From contig MU619348.1 of NCBI GenBank assembly GCA_025201805.1, positions 1 through 59,972 on the forward strand: a stretch of DNA of 59,972 nucleotides. The letters run 5' to 3'. The translations under genes and the position numbers were made by a program. Below are positions 10,553 through 22,090 of the stretch, piece after piece (position 1 is the first letter of the stretch; each line of letters opens with the position of its first letter). The notes under the pieces were generated by a model that was given only the letters and a program-made list of their open reading frames with translations, was not told the origin of the DNA and did not search any database. This DNA is from Parasitella parasitica NRRL 2501. Taxonomy: Eukaryota; Fungi; Mucoromycota.

Positions 10553-13500
10553 TTATCGCTTTTCTTTGACAACGAATACAAGCCAAATAAACGCAATCGT
10601 AATAAAGCCAGTAAACATGGAAGCTAATCGAATGACATCCAGCCAGTAATTCTTTGCATTGAAACCAAATGTTGACAATATTGTGGCTCCCGGGACGTCA
10701 ATGTTCAGTCCAAAGCGCTCTTCTACAAGCTGCAAATAGAGCATTTCATTTACCAATAATGCCTCTAGACCGTAATTGAAGAAAGACAAGTACTTTAGCC
10801 ATGCAAATGCAGGAGACATGCTATCTGGGAAAGGGAAAACTAGACGTGAGCCATTCATTTCCACGACCTGTTGTCTTTTAATTACATACCTTTGTTGAGA
10901 AGTAATCCTGCAAACAGCATGGAAAAGAGCATGACTAAAACACTCAGCAAATTGGCCATGGATAAATTCTTGAATATGACACCTATTGCTAGGCAGAGTG
11001 CAGCTGCCGTCAGATTGAACAGCACCAAGACGAGCAGAAACTTTAGGAATTCATTTACGCCTTCCACTAAACCCACCATATAATAAGATATCAGCCCCAT
11101 CATCAATGGTGGCACCACACGCAGAGGAATGATGTCAAAGAGGATTTTGGCGAAAAAGTAGGTGCCTGGCGAGTAATATCCATTGGCTCTTTCTCGAATA
11201 AACAAAATGCGCTCAGCGGAAAACACTTGCAAGGATGTCAAACACATGAAGCCTAGTAAAGCTTCGTAGAAAAAAAACAGCCCCATTCTGTTCTGGAATC
11301 CTGCAATGGTGTTTGACACCTGGTAAAATAGTCCACCACAGACAAGAGCAAGAATAACGGCGATACCATAATGAGCAAACATAAGCATAGGGTTACGGTA
11401 GAGGTTTTTGAAGGTACGATCTGACAAGATACGGAATTGCGTCAAGAAGGTAGGCTTCTTGTGTGTGCTGATAACAGCAGTGTCCCCAGACAAAATTGCG
11501 CTACTACCACTGCTATTATTGTTGCTATCGCTCGCTATTTGAGATATTTCATCTCTCAGTTCGGCAGCAATGTCGCTTTCATCATACATTTGAGTCAGGT
11601 TTCTCAAATGTGGTGTCAGTCCATCATCCGCATCGTTCTGGACGACAATGTCCACTTGTGCGTCAGTCTCATTGTCATGTTTGATGGCTCCCATCGTCAA
11701 ATCCAGTAAATAATCTCCAATATTGAATCCAGGCGGGCATGTGTATCCAATTCGACTAAAGTAGGCTTGTGTTTGCGTCAGTGTTCCTGAATAAATGGTG
11801 TGGCCCTTTGCCAACACAACAAGATGATCAAACAGAGTAACAATGTTGGATCGTGGCTGGTGGATGGTGAACACAATGGTTCGTTTGTAGTTTCGTGCTA
11901 ATGACACAAGGCTTTCGACAACATTGTGCGCATTGTAGGCATCGAGGCCACTGGTAGGCTCATCTAGAAACAAGATAGATGGCGACGTAACAAGCTCACA
12001 AGCAATAGACACACGGCGACGCTCACCGCCACTGATCGACCTGCTTCCAGCTTGGCCAATTTTGCTGTCTTTGATACTGTCGATGTTTAACTCTTGCATC
12101 ACTTCCATGACTCTGAACTTTTTCGCTGCGGTACTCATTGATCGAGGCAATCTCAGCAATGCAGAGTACAGGATGGTCTCATACACGGTTAGAGTAGGGA
12201 TCATAGTATCTTCCTGATCGACATACCCAATGATCTGGGCATACTCTTCACGTGGCACTTGTTTGCCATTAACAAACAGGCCGCCTGTTACTTGTCCTGT
12301 TTTTGTTCGGTTTGCGAGAATGTCGAGTAAAGTAGTTTTGCCAGCTCCAGAAGGTCCAATAATAGCCATGAGCTCGCCTGACTTGACTCTGCCTGTGGTA
12401 TTTACAAGTATAGGCCGCTGGACATTGGGCAGAGCATATCCGATACGATCAAACACCAGATCCACAGGTGTGTGCTCTGACATGAGTTTGCCGGTTTCAT
12501 CATCTGCTAGTTGTATCGCTTCATGTTTGGTCGACCTTTTAGCGAGACAATTAACGATGGATCCTACCAAAATCAAGAATGCTGCGACGCCTCCAAGTCC
12601 ACTGCCAATCATGGTCCAATTAATAGGGCGTTCACCACGTTCAAAGCCAGGCACCATCGTATAATGCAGACATTCACCCGAATTACAGCTTAGGAAGATG
12701 GAGTCATCTCCAAAGACAGCCGATATAAGATCATTCATTGCAGGTTCTGAAAAGTCGCAATCCTTCCCATTGCAGGCAAAACTGGCCGGGCCTTGTATTT
12801 CATCTTTCAAGAAGTCGCTTAAATCAATCGATCCGTCTTTTCCGCACAGCATTTCATCTTTGATACATCGACAATCGACTTTGTCACAGGTGTACTGTGT
12901 GGTGTTTCTATCATATTCGAACGCTGATACCGATTAATGGTTAATGATGTGGCTATTTAATCAGTAATATGTGCGTCTTACTTTGTTTAAATTCGCAAGT
13001 TTCCAAGTGGCAGTAGAACGACTCAATTTCGTCGACCCAGACTAAAAAAAAAAAAAAAAAAAATGTATGAGACAAGTAACTAAATATGTACAAAACCGAC
13101 GTACACTGAAAATCACAGGTGGAATCGTGTCTATTGCACGAAAAGGTCACTTGAGGTATCTGGTCTTTGAGTTGATCCAAGATCTTCCTGTCTGTGAGAC
13201 ATGTGTCAGTAATGTTGTAGATTTGCAGCCTTTCCCGTAAAAACTTACTGGTTACATTGCACATTTGATGGTTTTCATAGACGGTTAAACCGCCACGATA
13301 ACATGTTCCGTTCTGTCCTGTAGGGACCAAGGAATGGCAAACTGAATCATTTGTACAGACTACATTCTGCTCGTTAACTTGGCATAAACGAGATAATCAT
13401 GTCATTACGTACCGTTGCAATTGATGCCCTCCCAGCCCTCCGGGCAATCACAAACCGTACCGTTCTCTCTTGGATACCGGTTTCTTCCTTCGTCTAGGCC

Positions 13501-13844
13501 TCCGCACACTACATGTACTCTTTGTTAGGTCTATATGAAAGTTGTCGCGCCAGACAAGATTACATACACGGTTGTTTGCAGTCGTCGCCTCCAAATCCAG
13601 GAGGGCATTTGCATTTTCCATCATATTCTGTGCAGTTTGCAAATTGTAGGCATTCGAAACCAGGCAGCATACAGTTGAAGCAAGGTAGACAGCCATCTTT
13701 GTCTTTGTACATGGATGAGAATGGAGAGGAAAGACTTTGTGCATAGTCGGTAAAGCCGATATCATATGGATGAAGAGCAGCCTGCACCACATTCTTCAGT
13801 GAAAAGATGAGGCATGCCACCACGATCAGATGTGTCTTTATCAT
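10553..13844 (-). CDS. ADP1: ABCG half-transporter with N-terminal EGF-like/Cys-rich luminal domain (ADP1-like), multi-exon
   Basis: Signal peptide, CPPGFGGDDC EGF-like motif, one TM helix, Walker A GPSGAGKTT, signature ISGGERRRVSIA, LDEPTSGLD, and an ABC2 membrane domain. Confidence 0.92.
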
Positions 13845-14888
13845 CGACTTGATGTTTTATGTTGAGGAAAAAGAAAAAAGGCAATACATAATGCACAAGC
13901 TTCTGTTTAAGGCGTACAATATCAAAACTTGCCTTTTGATTGGCCTTTGTTTGGTTAAAGCCAAAAGGTTGCTGATAGATGAAATCGTTGTCCATAAGCT
14001 AGACTTACGGTGCCTTGTTGAATGACTACTCCTTGACAAGAATCCATTCTTTTTTATAGCCTTGGATTATTTTTTTAATGAAATTCTCTCTGTCTCTTTT
14101 GCAGTAGTAGTTGTCGGTCGTTTTGATTTGTTTAGCATAATGTTTATATGCTTGATGGCATACAGTTATGTTGACCATTATGATGCAATAAAATAAGCTT
14201 GAGCCTTTTTTCATATGATTACAACCAGATTACGTGCCAAACAGAGACTGAACCCAAGAAAATTTTAACCCGAAATCGAAAATATTCCAACTCCAGGGTA
14301 CAAAGATTTGTCAGCCAAAGTATTCCATTATTTAAACATTGCAGCTGCCATTTATGAGCAAGTGCTGCGTTTAATTATCGGAGAGAAGGATAGCATGTAA
14401 GCAAATACGATGAGATAAAGCAATTGCACGCATATGTGTGATTACTTGTCATTGATCAAACACCGCACTTACATGTCTAAAAATAAAACCTCAAATAGCG
14501 ATGATGTTTCATTATTTCTAATGGTCAATTATCTAATGGGAAAGAAATATATTAAACAAATAACATAAAATGGTGCTACCTGATATGAAAGGCTATTCTG
14601 TGTTTATTATTTCAATCAAGAGCAACATAATTGTGCTGGAGTGTCTTCGGCGCATCGTTCCCGTAACCACTAGAGATATAAATTTTTTTTTTTTTTGTCT
14701 GATTTTTTGATTCTGCTTTTCCCAAAATAGATTTGCTGTACGTCTAAAAATATACTGAAGGCAAGAAACTATACGTAGTTTAGACACCCCGAATGTAGAA
14801 CACAGACACAGGATCTTTGGAATTTAAATGACTTTAGGGCCTTTTTTCCTATTCTTTTTCTACTCAAATTAATTGGCATCTAGAAAAG

Positions 14889-16387
14889 ATGACTATGGAC
14901 TATCAAGGCCTCAGAGAGAAATACCAGCAGGCAGGTCAAGGCCATGTATTCACTTTTTTTGAGCAACTCTCCACTGCTGAACAGCAAGAGTTCCTGTGCC
15001 AATTGAGTGGTGTCAATGTAGAGCAGGTAACAAAAACAGGCAAAAAGGCCATGGCGAAGGGTACAGATAATTTTGGCTGTCAATTAGAGCCACTTCCTAC
15101 CAACATCATTGGTGATGCCGCATCTAATCGTGAAGAATGGTACAAGCTCGGTTTGAGCTTAATTCAACAAAACCAAGTAGCTGTCATTTTGATGGCTGGT
15201 GGCCAAGGTACTCGTCTGGGATCTGCTGAGCCAAAGGGATGCTATGACATTGGATTACCATCTCACAAATCATTGTTCCAGTTGCAAGCTGAGCGAATCT
15301 TTCGTCTGCAAATTTTGGCTGCCAAGGATGGTCAAGATGCTATTATTCCATGGTATATTATGACTTCTGGCCCTACTGATAAACCTACTCGTGATTATTT
15401 CAAAAAACATGATTATTTTGGATTGAAGCCTGAAAATGTCATTTTTTTTGAACAAGGCGTAATGCCATGCCTCACCCATGACGGTAAATTCATGCTCGAA
15501 AGCAAGAAAAAGGTAAATGTGCATATGAAGCTCGAGTCAGTGCGTAAATAACAGGATTGTCAAATCTTCATGTATGATAGCTTGCTGTTGCTCCTGATGG
15601 AAATGGTGGAATTTATAGTGCTCTTCATAGAGAAGGTATTATTGAATCATTAAAGCACAGAGGCATCCGCTATTCTCACTGCTACTGCGTCGATAATAGC
15701 TTGGCTCGTGTTGCTGATCCCGTATTTATTGGTTATTGTGCCTCTCGTAACACAGACTGTGGCATCAAAGTGGTACCCAAAAGCATGCCTGAAGAGCCTG
15801 TGGGTGTTGTAGCTCGTCGTAATGGCAAATATGGTGTTGTTGAATACTCCGAAATCAGCCAGGAACTTGCACAGAAACGCCTTGATAATGGCCAGTTAGC
15901 CTTTGGTGCCGCTAACATCGCCAATCACTTCTTCTCTACCGAATTCTTGGAAAGGGTTCCTACATTTGCTGATGAGCTCGAATACCATGTTGCCAATAAA
16001 AAGATTTCGTGTGTGGACATTTCTACTGGTGACATTGTCAAGCCTACTAAACCTAATGGAGTCAAATTGGAACGTTTTGTATTTGACGTCTTTGGACACA
16101 GCAACGCATTTAGCGTGCTTCAAGTGGACCGTAAGGATGAATTTTCTCCCTTGAAAAATGGACCTGGCGCAGGCGTTGATTGCCCCGAGACATCTAGAGC
16201 AGATATCTTGAGTCAAGGCGAGCGCTTTATCAGAAACGTAGGTGGCAATTACTTGAATCAACAAATTGAGGTTGAGATTTCACCCTTACTTTCATACGGC
16301 GGCGAAAACTTAGAGTCTATTCGTGGAGAAACTATCAAGAGATCAAGCATATTGAATAGCATAGAAGACGTCGCTTCCGTCGTTTAA
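14889..16387 (+). CDS. UAP1: UDP-N-acetylglucosamine pyrophosphorylase (exons 14889-15512, 15581-16387)
   Basis: LMAGGQGTRLG..EPKG, PWYIMTS, APDGNGG, YCVDN, VVEYSE and EFSPLKN motifs. Confidence 0.95.
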
Positions 16388-16620
16388 CTATTTGTATATA
16401 TTTTTACTATATATTCCCTCATTCAAAATAGAAGAAACCTCCTTGTACAAATGTTTATGATAAACATACTCCAATCAGGTATATCCTGTTCGTGACGGTA
16501 AAACTGTTCCATTTGGTTTAGATTTGGACAGGGGAATGAAATTTCATCAAGCTATTTGTTTGAATAAAAGTCTTGTTTCTTCCTTACTTCCATTTAATAC
16601 CCTATATTACTGTACAAAAA

Positions 16621-17322
16621 ATGCTGTCAAGTCGTCAATTATTGAAACCTACTCTCAATTTGATCTCCCAAACCAACAAGTATAGCTCTCTTGCCCAGGC
16701 ACTTCCTATTCGCTCCGCTGTTAATGGAATACAACGTCAAAGACAATTTGTTCGTCCATTGGCACCGTTGCAACCACTTCAACAACAAAAGCTTCAACCG
16801 CATCAAGTGCAAAAGGCACCCACTGGTAGATCTCGTCGCGACGAAGAGATTAGCGCTCGTTTCATCACATTTGTCAATGAACAAGGCCAGGTTCAAGACC
16901 GTTGCAGAGTCAAGGATGTTTTGTTGGAATTTGATCGCTCTCGCTACTTTTTGATTGAAGTGGATCCTACAGCAAGCCCACCTGTGTGCCGTCTCTTTGA
17001 TAAAAAGTATCTGTTTGAAAAAGAGAAATCAAACAAAAAGAAAAAGCAAACAGCGCCGGAATCAGTTTTGAAGGAAATCGTATTTGGATGGAACGTGAGC
17101 GAGCATGACATGGAGCACAAGTTAAATAAGGCAGCTCAGTTTTTGGATAAAGGAAACAAAGTCAAGATTGATATTGTCTATAAACGCGGGCAAAAGAGAG
17201 TCGACAAAGAGACTCAAGAACAAGTCGTTTCTACTGTCACAAGGTGGATGGATCAATATAAAATCGCTAAAAAGCCTGCTTTTGCTGGTCATAATTGTTC
17301 AATGCAATTTGAAAGAAAATAA
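16621..17322 (+). CDS. Mitochondrial translation initiation factor IF-3
   Basis: Basic, Arg/Ser-rich presequence, RRDEEISARFITFV, PPVCRLFD, KEIVFGWNVSEHDMEHKLNKA..FLDKGNKVKI (IF3-C). Intronless. Confidence 0.8.
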   Translation: MLSSRQLLKPTLNLISQTNKYSSLAQALPIRSAVNGIQRQRQFVRPLAPLQPLQQQKLQPHQVQKAPTGRSRRDEEISARFITFVNEQGQVQDRCRVKDVLLEFDRSRYFLIEVDPTASPPVCRLFDKKYLFEKEKSNKKKKQTAPESVLKEIVFGWNVSEHDMEHKLNKAAQFLDKGNKVKIDIVYKRGQKRVDKETQEQVVSTVTRWMDQYKIAKKPAFAGHNCSMQFERK

Positions 17323-17569
17323 CGGTTCACTCCGGTCTTGACAAAGGTTTGTCATTCACATATGTACTATTCTTCAAAACATGTCTATAGAAATGATCCT
17401 ATCATTTGCCACCAAATCATGCTAAAAAAAAAAACATTCCCATAAAATCCTTTCATTTATGTCCCCATGCGAACATCAATAAAATCTAAATTCTGTTAAA
17501 TTGTTGACAGTGTTGACATACCCTCTTTTTCCTTGATAGAGGATTTTGACATTTTCATTTTCATTATAG

Positions 17570-17860
17570 GTGAAATAAAATAGAGGCTTCAGCTAGAAAA
17601 TGCGTCTTTCATCACTTGGGAGAAACTGTGCGTTAGAAGCTACTGTTGCAGTGAGCTCGACAAAAGCATACATCGAAGGCCATTAAAACCATTCGCAGTT
17701 TGGACTGCGTACATTCGTAGTTTGATTTATTGTAAACGGTTAAATCGAGATAGACAACTACCGTACAATCTATCGTTCCACTCACTAAATCACACCATGC
17801 CTCACACTTGTATCTTATGCTCCCATCAGTCTACTCAGATTCACTAGTATATAAACCATC
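17570..17860 (-). pseudogene. Degenerate fragment of a Mucorales PD-(D/E)XK (REase-like) family gene
   Basis: Broken minus-strand fragments IRYKCEA, KLRMYAVQT and YAFVELTAT resemble the C-terminus of this family. Confidence 0.25.
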
Positions 17861-18440
17861 ATTTTTTCCATGTAATAAACGAGATCTTTACCTGAATAAT
17901 TTCTCATTCTGGTAAATCAGATAATGCTGCTGTGAATGTTGTATTTTATCAGATTTTAATCAAGCTTTGGATAAGCTTTGGATAGGCTGTTCTTTCTTTT
18001 CTGCTCTATTCAGATGATGCTTTGTCAAAAGTCATTACGGATACATCTTATAGATGTGTTTATACGCAATGCCATTATGCTAGGGTTAGGATAATGTGAA
18101 CTATAACAAAGGGTTTTACTATCTGGAACCCTTTGGAGTGTAAATCAGCATTATTCACGATACCCTCAAATACCAATGCTATGATTGAGACCTCGTATAG
18201 GAGACCTCCTGAGATATACTTGATATAACAGATGAGGCATAATTTTTGCAATGCTTAGCAGAGCGAGATCATGATCGTGAGATGCTTAAATATTTTATAA
18301 TTTCACTCATGTTTTATCAATTATATTAATAGTATTTTTATGCCTCAACAAACTTTGTAATATGGAATATCAGTGCGATTTATTTCCAATAATAATAATA
18401 ATAGAAAAACAAGCACTTAATGGAAAAGGATCGAAAAGAG

Positions 18441-19628
18441 TTATCTAATCTGAGATAATTTCTTGTGGGCAAAGGATAACTTTGTTCGAGTGTTATCTAC
18501 TTTAATATCAAGACTCTCCAAAACATCAATTTGATCTTCCAATTCATGGTTAATAGCCAGACCTAATTCTTTTTGGCGGCCAAGCAGCTGACTGAACTGC
18601 TCAATGTGTAGATCCTGTTCCTTTATGACTTGTGTTTGATAATTCAACAATTCTTGGTTATCCAGACCTTTTGTAAACTCTGTTTCCTGCAGCTTTTGTT
18701 CCTGTTGCTGCTTCAGTAATGCAGAGCCAAAAGCTCTTCCGCCCCCTATTCTGTTGTTATGGCCAGTAGTTGCAGCTTTTGTCACCGTCTGTTGTTGATG
18801 ATCAAACCCGATATCGCCGTAATCGGTTGAATTGTTATCTTTTTTAGTTACAGATGCACTAGACGCAGCAGTAGTTACAGGCTTTTTTTTTATAGGTTTA
18901 GTCAAGTCTTGTCGATTAGCATTGACCAGCTGTACGAGGACATCTTTTTCTGCTTTGAGGCTATTAAGCTTATCTTCTCTTCTCCTAGCCTCACCATCAG
19001 CAACAAACTGCTCATGGCTGTCATGGAGGCTAGATTCCAAAATCAAAAGACGTGCAGTCAGAGTCATCAATCCTTTTTTAGCTTTTACTTCACATTGCAT
19101 TGCATCCGAAACCTCTTGTTGACTTGTATGTGCATTTCGGCTATTAATCAGAGACCTGATTTCTCGAGATATTATGAGTAAATCGTCATGTTCATCTAGC
19201 CATGAACCAAATGTGACAACAGGCTCTTTTTTTTTAGTATGCGATGAAATAGGTGAAGACCCTGCACTGTTTTGTAGATCAGGTAATGCGAGAAAGTCGT
19301 CCCATATGTCTGTTTTACGCCACCGATCATCGCGGCAACTTAGTAAGGTTCGCAAATAATCTTCTAGTCCTTGACGGCGATCTTCTACTTTATCCGACGA
19401 GTGAAAAGTAGGAGGGAATATACGCTTATGAGGTAGATGAGCTGGAATTGGATTATTAGGAAATGTTTGGGAAAGCTGATCATGAAGCTTGGTAAAATCA
19501 GAATATCGCTTCCAAATGTGCCACTGACGGACGGGTGCTTGAATGTCGATGCGATAAGCAGTATGTGCCTTAGGATCGTTTCTTGTTTCTGTTTGTTTGA
19601 CAAAAATGGACTGTATGTTGTTTGCCAT
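18441..19628 (-). CDS. VAM7: PX-domain Qc-SNARE, vacuolar morphogenesis protein Vam7
   Basis: N-terminal PX domain (KRYSDF..LH, P.LP.K, RRQGLEDYL) and a C-terminal SNARE coil (EQD..IEQFS.LLGRQKELGLAINHEL). No TM helix. Confidence 0.9.
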   Translation of the reverse strand: MANNIQSIFVKQTETRNDPKAHTAYRIDIQAPVRQWHIWKRYSDFTKLHDQLSQTFPNNPIPAHLPHKRIFPPTFHSSDKVEDRRQGLEDYLRTLLSCRDDRWRKTDIWDDFLALPDLQNSAGSSPISSHTKKKEPVVTFGSWLDEHDDLLIISREIRSLINSRNAHTSQQEVSDAMQCEVKAKKGLMTLTARLLILESSLHDSHEQFVADGEARRREDKLNSLKAEKDVLVQLVNANRQDLTKPIKKKPVTTAASSASVTKKDNNSTDYGDIGFDHQQQTVTKAATTGHNNRIGGGRAFGSALLKQQQEQKLQETEFTKGLDNQELLNYQTQVIKEQDLHIEQFSQLLGRQKELGLAINHELEDQIDVLESLDIKVDNTRTKLSFAHKKLSQIR

Positions 19629-19777
19629 TCTTTTCTCTTGTTGAATGAAAAATCTCTGGATGAAAAAGGGGAAAAAGAGTGGTATTTTATAGTCTTTTTA
19701 TCAAGTGTAATTACACAGAGGCACAGGGAGAAAACGATACACAAATGTCATGTTACTTTATTATTATTTGTTTGCAT

Positions 19778-21396
19778 TCAACAGCCAACCATAAATTTTT
19801 TACGGATCACTTCACCTTCTTCTTCTTGGTCTTTGCTGGGAAATAGTTTGTAGGGATTCATTATTTGGTTAGGATCGAATAAATCTTTGATTTTACGCAT
19901 AGAATCAATCATCGCAGCAGATTTAGAAAATGCGAGATAAGGTGCTTTCATTAAACCTACGCCATGCTCACCACTCATGCTTCCTTGATATCTTGCCGTC
20001 CATTCGTACACGAAGCGATCGATTTTTTCAGTTAGTTTTTGGTCAGCACGCATAGCAGGGATTGTTAAGTGGAGGTTTCCATCACCCACATGACCATAGC
20101 CGTAAATTGCGAGGATGTCATGAGGAATAAGGCCGTCAGCAATAGCCCATGCACGAGTTTCTTCTACAAGTTTATACAATAAAGGCAGAGGCAAAGAAAT
20201 GTCAAAGTGGATGGAGGAAGGGCCGGTTTGAACAATCGCTCTTGGTAACTTAGTCCTCCAAGACCAAAACATAGTTCTGTCAGCCGCGGAACGAGCAATA
20301 GCGCCGTCTTTAATCAAATTTTGTTCATGCAAGAGAGCCAAAAAGTCATCAGCCTTTTGATCTTCAAACTTGGCTTCTTTACCGGCAGTTTCGATGATAA
20401 CGTAGACATGATGTTTATCTTGAATTGGAAATGGCGTATCAGCCGGCTCTTGGTAATTTTGTTGGCGCACGACTTGCACAGAATCATTATCAAACACTTC
20501 GAACGCTGATAATGTCTCGGGCAATTCTTTCTTGGCCAAAGCATAGGTTTGAACCACATCTTCGAACTTTTCGAAACCAAGTAAAAAGACATTGACGCCA
20601 TGTCTGATACGAGCAGTGGTGATAGAGATACCTGTAACTAGACCTAGGGTACCTTCAGACCCAATAAACAAGTTTTTGAGATGATAGCCAGTATTATCTT
20701 TTTTTAGCGTAGTCAAATTATCCAATATCGTTCCATCAGGTAGAACAACTTCCAATCCCATCACACTGCCATGCAGATTACCAAAACGCATTTGACGAAT
20801 ACCACCAGCATTTGTAGCAATGTTACCGCCGATACGACAGATATGGCGAGCGGGCAAATCCAATGGGATTTGATAACCTTTTTCTACCAAGTAATTGTCT
20901 AAGTCTTGTAATATGCATCCAGCTTCACAAACAAGATCCCCGCGCAAAGGATCAAAGTTACGAATTTTGTTTAATTTATGAGTGCTCACAATGATCTCAT
21001 CAAAGACAGGAACAGAACCACCAGCCGCACTTGTATTACCAGACTGTGGTACAACGGCCAAATGCCTATTGTTGCAGTGTTTGAGTATTTGGGATACTTG
21101 TAATGTGGTTTCAGGCAACAATATCAAGGCAGGATTGGCACGAAAGACGTTATACCAATCAGTTGTATACTTAAGATATAGATCCTCTGGGCAGGTTTCT
21201 TTTTCCAGCACTGATGTAGGAGACAAGATGCTTTTAAAGTATTTGATATCATCTGTGGTAATCTAATTCAATGAGGTGGATGATTTCCGAATGCGTTAGG
21301 TATACATGTACTTACTTTTCCAAACGTAGGATTGCGCTGGACTCTATCAAGCTTATCTGCAGTGAGCTCAGTAACTTTGAATCCTCCGTGTGACAT
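19778..21396 (-). CDS. FAD-linked D-2-hydroxyacid dehydrogenase (D2HGDH/DLD2-DLD3 family), divergent; exons 21396-21316, 21262-19778
   Basis: PQ.GNT...GGSVPVFDEI, IGGNIATNAGG, KDNTGY.LK.LFIGSEGTLG, YGHVGDGNLHL, S.EHGVG..K and DP..IMNPYK motifs. Confidence 0.88.
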
Positions 21397-21839
21397 TCTC
21401 TCTTTTGTTTTGTTTTCTTAAATGAAATAAAGATGATAGTTTCTAAAAAAAAATGAAATCCATGGTTTTATACTAGTAATATCTTCAAATCTAAAACATC
21501 GAAAGATAATGACAGGAGTCACTTCCGCTTATCGTGTGCTGGCATCTAGATCTTCCTCGAAGAAAAAATCGAATGATTGTGAGATAATAAATTTTATAAG
21601 AGTTTGAAGGTTCTCTTTTCGCTTTCGTTCTTTTTACTTTTGTGTATAGAAATGCATAAATATTTAATATTTGTGCTACAACCTAATTAGTAGAACAGAT
21701 CTTACAATAAATTTAGGAAAGAAGCCTAATTAAAGCTTGAATACACACAAGACATAAAATAAGTATGATGTCAAATTTCTCAGATGAGCGAGCTTAACAA
21801 TATTCTTGCCATTTTGAACCGTTACAGAGTCTTATTCAG

Positions 21840-21853
21840 GTTTCTATGGCAAC
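21840..21853. promoter_or_regulatory. Candidate RFX/Crt1 X-box in the divergent promoter between the dehydrogenase and TBP
   Basis: GTTTCTATGGCAAC is a near-perfect match to GTTnCCATGGnAAC. Confidence 0.4.
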
Positions 21854-22090
21854 CCATGTAACAATAGTAATTACCATGTCTCTGTATGATTGGTGTTCAT
21901 TTATTCAATCGTCACGTAATCTAAAAACCAATCTGAAAACTATAAAAGGGGTTTGTAATCGCAAAACCAAAAGAAATTTTTCGTCTTTTCTCTTCTTCAT
22001 CCGCTTTTCTACACTTTTTTTTTATATTATTATATATTTTATCACCACCCCTCAAAAGACAAAATATATAGTAATTGAAAAATAAGAAGA

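Noticed and set aside
11437-12937. Antisense ORFs within ADP1 (and similar ones within other genes)
   Set aside because: Shadow ORFs opposite well-supported coding exons.
5097-16387. Chitin/chitosan gene cluster (deacetylase plus UAP1)
   Set aside because: The genes are separated by unrelated DGAT2 and ADP1, there is no chitin synthase, and no evidence beyond chance proximity.
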